Positions 53,646 to 64,000 of a stretch of 64,000 bases of DNA are shown here, piece by piece (within the stretch, counting starts at the first letter, position 1; every line of letters starts with the position of its first letter). The notes under the pieces were generated by a model. It was not told where the DNA came from. It saw nothing but the letters and a program-made list of their open reading frames with translations, and searched no databases. Source of the DNA: Mobula hypostoma. Lineage: Eukaryota. The stretch spans positions 16,802,001 through 16,866,000 of the forward strand of contig NC_086108.1 of assembly GCF_963921235.1 (NCBI RefSeq). The letters run 5' to 3'. The position numbers and the translations under genes were made by a program.

Positions 53646-53678
53646 AGATTGTAAATGGAAGTGAATTGCTGCATCAAA

Positions 53679-53821
53679 CTGCATCTGTTAGTCCTGACGA
53701 AGGGTCTCGGCCTGAAACGTCGACTGCGCCTCTTCCTATAGATGCTGCTTGGCCTGCTGCGTTCACCAGCAACTTTGATGTATGTTGCTTGAATTTCCAG
53801 CATCTGCAGAATTCCTGTTGT
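53679..53821 (+). mobile_element. Short PLE pLTR insertion beginning just before an intact hammerhead
   Basis: TSD TTGCTGCATCAAA at 53666-78 and 53822-34; near-identical to 1794-1927. Confidence 0.85.
53690..53725 (+). ncRNA. Minimal type I hammerhead ribozyme motif
   Basis: Identical to 1928-1963. Confidence 0.8.
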
Positions 53822-56284
53822 TTGCTGCATCAAATGTTGGGTTTTCTGGATGGTGGGAAGTGAAGAGATGGATGGAGAGGTGTTGAACCTTGCAGAAAAG
53901 GGAATAAAGAGGAAGATGGATGGACTAGGAAGTCACAGAGGAATAATCCCTTTAGTCTTCTCAAAGAGGTGGAGAAGGTAAAGTACATCTGTGGCAGAAA
54001 GAAATCTATCTTACATGGAGAACAATAGATCAGAAAGGAAGGGTGTTCACGTCATGATTTTTGGAACAAGGAGAAATTTGGACAAATTAGGCCTACGATT
54101 GAAGAAATTTGGACAAATTAGGCCTATGTGGTTTGTTTGCAGGTCGATGGAACTAGGCAGATTAATAGTTTGGCACAGACTAGATGGGCCAAATGGCCTG
54201 TTTCTGTGCTGTGGTGTTCTATGGCTATAACTCTGTGAACAAGGGCCTTCATTTAAAAAATCCACGACAGAAGGAAAGGTAGGAGTTAGGAAAAGTAAGT
54301 TTTATACACAGGATGAATTCAGCAGAATTTATTCAACTCAGCTGCCACAGTCATGTGTCAGTCAATTTTTATTTAATTTTACACATCAGCACACAACCTC
54401 TCATTAATTCTAATTTTCATTAAATGATAGATTAGATTTTTGTCCTTTTAACTAAACAGATTTCAAGCAAAGAAACACAATGTTTTTAGACTGCATGGAT
54501 ATACAACAGGATCTCTAAAAATACTCAACTATTTTCCATTTATTAATAGCAGTTTCGATCACATACATGCAAGATAATCAAACTAACTGCAGAATCAGCA
54601 AAGGCCTCAACTCAGATTGGTAATTCCAAGAAACACAAACAAACAAAGGTCAAGTTTCAAATACATGATCCCATTTAGTATTCATAATCATAAAGTAGCT
54701 GGCAAGCATTCTGAGCAGGTCAACAAATTACTTGAGTAGGATGGCCAGGTGATTAACAATGCTTTCTCCAAAATGGATTATTCTAAAGCTGATGTGCAGT
54801 TACTGGATATGTTTGGTTAAAGTTATTGGTGTACAAGGGGTCACATACTTTTTCTATTAAATACATGTAATATTGGATCATTTTTCTCACTAAATAAATG
54901 AACAAGTATAATATTTTTGTGTTATTTATTTAATTGGGTTCTCTTTAACTAGCTTTAGGACTTACATGAAGATCTGATCATATTTAGGTCATATTTATGT
55001 GGAAATAAAAAAAAATCTACAGGGTTCACAAACTTTCTAGTATCACTGTACACTGATAGCCTGAGGCTGAAATGGTCAGCTTTAAACAATCTTCACCATC
55101 TTTGTGCAAGGTATGATGGCAACTATCAGGAATGTTTTCCCAGTGGTGCCCACTGGCTTCAGTTTTAGCAAGGCTTCTTGGTGCCACACTTGGTCAATTA
55201 CTACCTCATTGTCATTGTTGCTTCATTTCTGGATTCATCTCTATTATTGGGGCTAGAGCTGCAAAGAGGTCTGGAGATGAATGGTCCTGAAGAAACCCAA
55301 ATATTATGTGAGAACAAGTCATTGGTGACTTACTATAGATGAGAGCATCTTCCTTCTCTTCGATGATGATTAATTTTGAGGCAATAATTAGCTCACTGAA
55401 TCATTCTTTCTATTTGCGAACATCAGTGTGATCTTCCATTAATGAACAGAGACCAGTGGTGTGGCTGGACTGGAACAGATTGATAAGAGGCAGGTCTATC
55501 TTTGAGAGGTCCTTGCCAGTTTACATATTGGATTTCATTTATAGGATGCAGTAAGTGATGCGAGCATCAGAATAACTGTACTGCTATTTTAGGGGAAAGA
55601 TTTGTTTTAGGCCAGCAACATCGATATTCAGAGTCTATCATCCAAAATAAGCAGGCAGCCTGGATGACTGTGAAGCCATTTATATCTGTTGTATATGTTA
55701 ATTTGACTAGAAGCATAAAATAAAAATGCCTTATTATTGATGGACTGTGCTTCCTGAGGCACATCTGTTGTCGTTTATATAATAGATTTGGGTCTATGTC
55801 TTACTTTCTCATGCCACCTATAGTGGATTCTTGTTAATTGGAACATACAGGGACCAGTACATTTTGACCCAATTAGCTGAAGTTTTATGTGAATAGTTAA
55901 AAAGACATAAAAAGACAAACTACTATTTCACTGAGTCACAGATTATGTTTTTAAAATAAATACAAAACAAATTAGAACACTACCAATGCTACTGCAGTAC
56001 TACAAAACTCTGCTTTAGTTTCTAGTAATTATCAACAGAGGAATTCATCCAGTGTAAGCTGCCTTGTTCTTTTGATTGGACTGTAAATAAACTATGTCAG
56101 CACAGACACCTAGTACCTCCTTCAGACAATGCCTTTGACAACTTCATCCTCCAAATCATTCAAGATGATTGTTGATACCTTCAAATTCTGCAAAATTCCT
56201 AACTTGTCAAAGTAGTTAATTTGTTTTATTTTCACTTACAGCCATTTTTGGCATCTCCAAACCTAACTACTTGAAACCATAGTA

Positions 56285-56965
56285 AGACCGTAAGACACAG
56301 GAGTAGAAGTACGCCATTCGGCCCATCGAGTCTGCTTTCCCATTCAATCACAGGCTGATCCAATTCTTCCAGTCATCCCCACTCCCCTACCCTCTCCCTA
56401 TAACCCTTTGACATCCTGGCTAATCAAGAACCTATCTATCTTTGCCTTAAATGTATCCAATGACTTGGCCTCCACAGCCACTCGTGACAACAAATTTCAC
56501 AGATTTACCACCCTCTAACTAAAGTAATTTCTCTGCATAAACATGATAATATAAGTACATACTTTAATATCACATTTACTGTATATACCCAACTTGGTTT
56601 ACAGATTAGACAAAATCACTAAACAAAGTATTACATACACCCTTGGAGGTCGACGGGACGGGGGGGGGGAATATGGCGTTGTGGGGGGGGGCGGGGGTGC
56701 TACCTCCCTGAAAATGAGTTTTTGCTGGGTGGGATGTCTGAGATGTGGAGAATTTACTTTAGTCAGAGGATGGTAAATCAGTGGAATTTGTTGCCATGAG
56801 CGGCTGTGGAGGCCAAGACATTGGGTGCATTTAAGGCAGAGATAGATGGGTTCTTGATTAGTCAGGGCATCAAAGGGTATGGGGAAAAGGCAGGGTAATG
56901 GGGATGACTGGAAGAAATGGATCAGCCCATGAATGAATGGCAGAGCAGAATGGTCTTATGGTCTT
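56285..56965. repeat. Inverted pair of CR1 3' tails around a 200-bp spacer
   Basis: 56285-56537 (minus) and 56742-56965 (plus) are diverged reverse complements. Confidence 0.75.
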
Positions 56966-57128
56966 AATAATTCTATCACCAACCTTTTCCTTTAGAATTT
57001 CTTCTTAATGGTCCACTCACAATGAAGAATTATAGATCTGGTGTTACAATTATAGTATTCATTAAGATAAGTCATAAAAATAAATAAATGCTGCAAACCT
57101 GCTATTAACTGACATCTTTAATTATTAC

Positions 57129-57321
57129 ACAAACAACAGGAATTCTGCAGATGCTGGAAATTCGAGCAACACTTTGTACTCAATGCAAGGGTTGTCAACT
57201 CTTTCAAATCTCTTACTAACTCTTCCTTCAGTTAGTCCTGACGAAGGATCTCGGCCTGAAACGTCGACTGTACCTCTTCCTAGAGATGCTGCCTGGCCTG
57301 CTGCATTCACCAACAACTTTG
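57129..57321. mobile_element. Short inverted PLE insertion with intact hammerhead (57234-57269, plus strand)
   Basis: TSD ATCTTTAATTATTAC at 57114-57128 and 57322-57336. Confidence 0.85.
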
Positions 57322-57373
57322 ATCTTTAATTATTACTCCTGTTTTATTTCCAAACCATACATCAAAATAGTCT

Positions 57374-57493
57374 AACAACAGGAATTCTGCAGATGTTGGA
57401 AATTCAACACAAGGATCTCGGACTGAAGCGTCGACTGTACCTCTTCCTAGAGTTGCTGCCTGGCCTGCTGCGTTCACCAGCAACTTTGATGTT
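57374..57493. mobile_element. Short inverted PLE insertion, hammerhead truncated
   Basis: TSD ATCAAAATAGTCT at 57361-57373 and 57494-57506. Confidence 0.85.
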
Positions 57494-59184
57494 ATCAAAA
57501 TAGTCTGATGATTTTAATCACAATTTTTATGGTAAGGTAATGCCAATAAGGAGTTTTGATGAATTCAAAACTATATCTTTGCATTGAGTACAAAGTGACA
57601 CAGTGCAGTGCAAGCTTGGGACCTGTGAATGGGCTTGAACAATAGGAGTTTTCAAAAGGTGGGAGGGGGGAGGGAATGAAAGATGAAAAGAAACAGATTA
57701 TAAAGAGCTGCCAGACTGGAGACCTTGCATACATACTAATCAAAATTCCTGGAACCTCTTGTCACAAACAAATTGGTCCAATGCTTTTGAAACTGGTCCT
57801 GTACCCATTATTGCATGCATGTGGCTTGATTGAAAATACATTGAAAATCTAGGCACCAAATCGCATCCTTCAATCTACTACACACAATTATCTGGGTTTG
57901 CAGAAAAGTGCTCACTGGAGAAAAGGTGAGATCTCATTTCAGTATTCAGGCAGTGGAATATTTTAATTCAGAAATAAAAATAACACCCTCAGGCCAAATT
58001 GCAACACTGAATTATTTATAAATGAAGATGTACACTTGCAAAAAGAAGAGGCATGCTATAAAATGTCTACTTTACAATACTATAAATTGTTCTGTATTAG
58101 CAGTTTGAAGACTCTTTAGTCTTTAAGAAAATCATAGAAACACACACAGTACATTTAGACACAGAAATGGAAAATACAATTTAAGATGCTTTGTTAAACA
58201 AAACCTAAAACAGATGCATGGAATGTACTTCTAACATTTTCAGTTTTAATTTTACATTTTCTCCTTTATTTGATAACAAGAGTCATGAAGTACACAACTT
58301 TTATTTAAGAATGTTGTTGCCTTTGGTATTAAATCAGATTCATTCCATAAATAAAATATTCTTTTGCTTGTGTGTAGCAGAATTTGGCGCATCTTTGTAT
58401 AAATAACAAACCAATTGATTTCCAACCCATGTGGATCTCAAGTGGTCTCCTAGGCAACACTCATCCCCACATAGATTGAGTCTAAATTAGGTTCTAGTCT
58501 TTTTTGCTTATTTGGTCATCTTCACAACTATTCCCTTAATGCTGCCTCTACTGAAATAAAGCTTGTATCAAGCAATTTGACTTTAACCATAGGCTGCTCA
58601 GACAAAAAAGGTGGAATATCAGTGCAATAACTGCTAAATCTCACAACTCAAATAAAATTCAACCATTTGGTTTGGAAAAAGTAACAGAAAACATCGAGAG
58701 TTATTGTTTTATTTTGTGAAGTTTGAAAGATTGTAAGGAATTTGAAGAGCGCACTCTTGTTCTACTTGGCTATATATTTTATTATACATGAAATGTAATG
58801 TTAATTAGTATGTATTTATTTTTATTATACTTTAATGACCGTCTATAGAAAAATATTAGAAGATTTCCCAAATAAAATGTTTATATGTTATTATATATGA
58901 CAGAACCAATTCTTGCAGACCCAAACAGAAGGAATTATCTTTCAGCAGGCATAAAATTTGCTCTTAACATTAAAATCACAACAATAATCAGTGCAATGAA
59001 AGTCACCTTCTTTGAATCACAGAAACCAGCTATACTGCGCTTTCAATTCACAGACAACAACAAACTTAATACCAATGGCATAGACAGCTACAAAATCATT
59101 GCATTACAGAAGGGTTGATCAGCTAAAGCTCCTTCACAAGATGATCATGATGAATCATTCTACACAATGAGAATGTGTTCATTG

Positions 59185-60330
59185 CAAACACGAGAAAATC
59201 TGTCACTGCTGGAAATCCAGAGTAACACACACAAAATACTGGAGGAACTCAGCAGGTCAGGCAGCATCTATGGAAAATAGTGAACAGCCAATGTTTTGAG
59301 CCAACCCTTCTTCAGGACAGAAAGAAGGGGGGAGATGTCTGAATTAAAAGCTGGGAGGTGGGGAAAGAGGCTAGTTGGAAGGTGATAGGAAAGGTCAAGG
59401 GCTGGAGAAGGAATCTGACAGGAGAGAAGAATAGATAAAAGGAGAAAGGGAAGGAGGAGGGGACCTATGGGAAGTAATAGGCAGGTGAGGGAAGTAAAAG
59501 GTCAGAATGGGGAGTGGGGTGGATGGGGTAGTTTTCTTCACCAGAAGGAGAAATTGATATTCATGCTATCAGGTCAGCAAGTACCCAGATGGAATATAAG
59601 GTGTTGCTCCTCCACCCTCAATGTGGCCTCACCTCGGCAAAAGAGGTCATGAATCGACACCACATCGGAACAAATTGGAATCAAAATGTTTGGCCACCAG
59701 GAAGTCCCACGCGGCAGATGGTGCAGAGATGTTCTATGAGGTGGTCCCCCAATTTACGACAGGTCTCACCAATGTACAGGTGGCGGCATTGGGAGCACCG
59801 GACACAATAGATGACCCCAGAAGATTCGCAGGTGAAGTGTTGCCTCACCTGGAAGGACTATTTGGGGCCCTGAATGGATGTGAGGGAAGTGGTATATGAA
59901 CAGGTGTGGCACTTAGGCCGCTTGCATGGATAACTGCCTGGAGGGAGATTAAAGGGGAGGGATAAATGGACAAGCAAATCACGTAGTAGTGATCCCTGCA
60001 GAAAACAGAGGTGGGGGAGTGAGGTAAAGATACGTTTAGTGGTAGTGTCCCTTTGGAGATGGTGGAAGTTACAGAAGATAATGTGCTGGATGCAGAGGTT
60101 GATGGGATAGTGGGCAAGGACAAGAGGGGCTCTATCACTGTTAAGGCGACAGGAAAATAGGGTAAGCATGGATATATGGGAAACAGAGGAGATGTGAGTG
60201 AGGGCAGCATCAATAGTAGAGGGAGTTAAACTCCATTGTTTAAAAATGGAAGACATCTCAGATGTCCTGGAATGGAAAGCTACATCCTGAGAACAGATGT
60301 GGCTGAGGTGAAGAAACTAAGGAAATAGCA
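59185..60330 (-). mobile_element. Penelope-like (Neptune-type) element 3' part: linker, Cys motif, GIY-YIG endonuclease and pLTR, degenerate
   Basis: PGSYPCKRPKCHTC, then in another frame FTCESSGVIYCVRCSQC..LYIGET; followed by the same pLTR as the short copies. Confidence 0.85.
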
Positions 60331-60439
60331 TTTTTACAGGACATATTCAATATGTATTTATTGACTTTAGTTTTCTCTTTAGCAACAGACATAACATCTT
60401 TGCTTATTTTGCCAAATGCTCAATAGAATTTAGTCACCT

Positions 60440-60942
60440 ATAAATAGTATTCATCCCCCTTGGAAGTTTTCGTGTTTTACAACATTGAATCACAGTGGAT
60501 TTAATTTGGCTTTTTTTGACACTGATCAACAGAAAAAGATTCTTTCATGTCAAAGTAAAAACAGTCCTCTACAAAGTGATCTAAATTAACTACAAATATA
60601 ATTGATGCATAAGTATTCACACACCAAGTCATCACTGGTGCAGCCAATTGATTTTAGAAGTCCCATAATTAGTTAAATGGAGATCACCTGTGTTCAGTCA
60701 AGGTGTTTCAATTGATTGTAGTAAAAATATACCTGTATTTGGAAGGTCCAACTGCTGGTGAGTCAATATCCTGGCAAAAAACTACACCACGATGACAAAT
60801 CAACTCCGCAAAAAAGTTATTGAAAAGCACAAGTCAGGAGAGGGATACAAGAAAATTTCCAAGTCACTGAATATCCCTTGGAGTACAGTTAAGTCAATCA
60901 TCAAGAAATGGAAAGAATATGGCACAGCTGTAAATCTGCCTG
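60440..60942 (+). mobile_element. Tc1 transposon 5' fragment
   Basis: Paired-like HTH LRKKVIEKHKSGEGYKKISKSLNIPWSTVKSIIKKWKEYG; AGTATTCA repeats in the TIR region. Confidence 0.85.
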
Positions 60943-61030
60943 AAATCTCACTTAGATCTGGAATTAGAATCACATTTGTGATCACTGACATATGTCATGA
61001 AATTGTTTGTTTTGTGGCAGCAGTACAGTG

Positions 61031-61863
61031 TGTGACAACAGACCAAATTATCAGAAGATTGATGCTGATAAGAGGACAATGGGGGAACATTCAGAAATGT
61101 TAATGGGGGACGAGAGAGATTAAAGAAAAGGAGACACAGTTCCGAGTATTGTCAAGACCGGTTGCTTTGAACCTGAACTGTTTGAAGTTTGATGGACAGG
61201 CGATACCCCAGCAGGGGGATAAAAGGGACAGGTTCGCTAAGGCAACGGACACACCACAACATCACAAGGTAACGAGACCCTGGAAGCGGTGTGCCCCCAC
61301 AAGTTGGTAGGAGTTTTGGAGGTCTGGTCGCGGGACTAGCCATAGACGCACAGGGTGGAAAGGTACGGTCGGCGGGAACGCGGTGTGTGTGTCCGCCCTT
61401 GCCTGGGTACCGGGTTCACCGCAGAAGAGCGATCGTATCTGGAACGGAGGGGTCACAGTCGGTGACCTCAGAAGACATTACAAAGGGCTTGCCCGAAAGC
61501 TAACTGCGAGGAATATCGAAGGTCTGTTTGGAATCTGATTTGCATATTCATTCGCTCTCTCTCTCTCCCTCCCCAACGGCACAACAGCGATTACTGTGAA
61601 CTGAACTAAATTGAACTGAACTCTGTGTCACTTGAGACTGATCATTTTACCCCTAGACTGCGCTAGAACTTGATTGATCCTATTACCCTAGTTCTGTGTA
61701 CATGTGTGTTTTATCATTGCTAACCTGTTGCATTTATATCCTTATGATTAGAGTACTGTGTTGTTTATTTCTTTAATAAAACTTTCTTAGTTCCAGTAAT
61801 CCAGACTCCAACTAAGTGGTCCATTTCTGCTGGTTCGGCAACCCAGTTACGGGGTACGTAACA
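61031..61863 (+). mobile_element. Solo LTR, probably Gypsy-type
   Basis: TGTGAC...GTAACA termini; 4-bp TSD AGTG at 61027-30 and 61864-67; GATAAAAG TATA-like box; AATAAA near 61775; interrupts a Rex1-like tail. Confidence 0.8.
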
Positions 61864-62202
61864 AGTGTAATACATAAAAAAGTTACTATAAAGTAAAGTA
61901 AGAGATAAAAAATAAATAACGTGCAAAAATAGTGAAGTAATGTTCATGGATATTTCAGAAATCTGATGGGAGAGGGGAAGAAGCTGTTCCTAAAACATTG
62001 AGCGTGTGCCTTCAGGCTCCCATACCTCCTCCCTGATGGTGGTATCCATGTGGGAGCTCAGCAATACTGTGCTTGAATGGCACACAGAGCAAATGAGGTG
62101 TTGGAGGAACAATTAGTACATACTCTTTGTCAAAAGACCCACAATACAAACAAGCGAACTAGACTCCACACTGAGCTTCCTTTGCTCACGAGTGTCAAGG
62201 TA

Positions 62203-63450
62203 CAGGGGCATGCAAAAGTTTGGGCACCCCGGTCAAAATTTCTGTTACTGTGAATAGCTAAGTGAGTAAAAGATGACCTGATTTCCAAAAGGCATAAAGT
62301 TAAAGATGTCACAATTCTTTAATATTTCAAGCAAGATTACTTTTTTATTTCCATCTTTTACAGTTTCAAAATAACAAAAAAGGAAAAGGGCCCGAAGCAA
62401 AACTTTGGATGGTCAGTACTTAGTAACACCCCCTTTGGCAATTATCACAGCTTGTAAACATTTTCTGTAGCCAGCTAGGTGTCTTTCAATTCTTGTTTGG
62501 GGGATTTTCACCATTCTTCCTTGCAAAAGGCTTCTAGTTCTGTGAGATCCTTGGGTTGTCTTGCATACATTGCTCTTTTGAGGTCTATCCACAGATTTTC
62601 AGTGGTCAGGGGACTGTGAGGGCCATGGCAAAACCTTCAGTTTGCGTCTCTTCAGGTAGTCCATTGTGGATTTTGAGGTGTGTTTATGATCATTATCCTA
62701 TTGTAGAAGCCATCCTCTTTTCATCTTCAGCTTTTTTTTTACAGATGGTGTGATGTTAGCTTCCAGAATTTGCTGGTATTTAATTGAATTCATTCTTCCC
62801 TCTACCAGTGAAATATTCCCCATGCCACTGCCTGCAACACAAACCCAAAGCATGACCGATCCACCCCCATGCTTAACAGTTGGAGAGCTGTTCTTTTCAT
62901 GAAATTCTGCACCCTTTTTTCTCCAAACATACCTTTGCTCATTGCAGCCAAAAAGTTCTATTTTAACTTCATCAGTCCACAGGACTTGGTTCCAAAATGC
63001 ATCAGGCTTATTTAGCTGATCCTTTGCAAACTTCTGACGCTGAATTTTGTGGTGAGGACGCAGGAAAGATTTTCTTCTGATGACTCTTCCATGAAGTTCA
63101 TATTTGTGCAGGTGTCGCTGCACAGTAGCACAGTGCACCAGCACTCCAGAGTCTGCTAAATCTTCCTAAAGGTCTTTTGCAGTCAAACGAGGGTTTTGAT
63201 TTGCCTTTCTAGCAATCCTAACAGCAGTTCTCTCAGAAAGTTTTCTTGGTCTTCCAGCCTCAACTTGACCTCCACCGTTCCTATAAACTGCTATTTCTTA
63301 ATTACATTACGAACTAAGGAAACAGCTACCTGAAAACGCTTTGCTATTTTCTTAGAGCCTTCTCCTGCTTTGTGAGCATCATTTATTTTAATCTTCAGAG
63401 TGCTAGGCAGCTGCTTAGAGGAGCCCATGGCTGCTGATTATTGGGACAAG
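62203..63450 (-). mobile_element. Tc1 transposon, disrupted, interrupted upstream of its ATG
   Basis: TA-CAGGGGCATGCAAAAGTTTGGGCACCC TIR; VLWTDEVKIELFG, TVKHGGGSVMLW; ATG near 63428. Confidence 0.9.
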
Positions 63451-63453
63451 GTT

Positions 63454-63576
63454 TCTGTCTGTCTGTCTGTCTGTATCTTGTTTTACGGCAGTTGGCATCC
63501 AGCTTAGTGGTGCATTACCGCCACCCTCTGCTCCAGAATGTGCACTATACATACATTCTAAATCCCTTCACCCAAT

Positions 63577-63607
<31 letters not shown>

Positions 63608-64000
63608 CTACACTTCACCCTCCCATCTTTGACCATCCTAGTATCCTATTCCTGTTTATTCGTCATATTCTATAAAAAACCCCTGTACCCCTTAAAAACG
63701 CTAAAAATACCCGGACTTGTGCTCTCTCACCCATGCCCAGCAACCCTTTTAATGTGAATTCCTGCATCCCCAACTCCCTTAATTTATTTCTCATCATCTC
63801 TCTCTGTATCCCATACTTCCTGCAACACAAAACTACATGTTCTACTGACTCCTCTTCCTGACATTCCTCACACAATCCTGTCTGGTATTTCCCTATCATT
63901 TTCAATGTTTTGTTTAATGCACAATGCCCCAGCCTTAACCTAGTCCACACAATTTCCTCTCTTCTGTTTCCATTACCTACCCTAGTAACTGCAACACTCT
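63454..64000 (-). mobile_element. I/Nimb-clade LINE 3' end
   Basis: RLRLGH..CEECQEEESVEH C-terminal zinc-knuckle region; 3' UTR motif GGTGGCGGTAATGCACC; (CAGA)n tail; runs off the window. Confidence 0.75.

Overview
Repeat-dense eukaryotic DNA, most likely intergenic or deep-intronic sequence from a cartilaginous fish (shark or ray). That assignment is inferred from the repeat repertoire: CR1 LINEs, V-SINE, Rex1/Babar, Neptune-type Penelope-like elements (PLE), RTE, Nimb/I, Tc1, Tigger, hAT and a Gypsy-like solo LTR. I found no convincing host protein-coding exon; every long ORF is transposon-derived or comes from a microsatellite. The most interesting signals are RNA-level. (1) A full-length RTE LINE (22089-27257) and a 575-bp TSD-flanked derivative made only of its 5' UTR and 3' tip (45071-45645) both begin with a sequence that folds by hand into an HDV-like self-cleaving ribozyme, with an unusual hairpin inserted in loop L3. 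(2) A family of short PLE insertions carries minimal type I hammerhead ribozymes and repeatedly integrates as inverted (foldback) structures with 13-15 bp TSDs, including a perfect 98-bp palindrome with back-to-back hammerheads. (3) Tigger and Charlie DNA transposons look, from memory, very close to mammalian MER2, Tigger4 and Charlie3 families, a possible horizontal-transfer signal. Family names rest on motif recognition, not database searches. Boundaries without a TSD or TIR are approximate.
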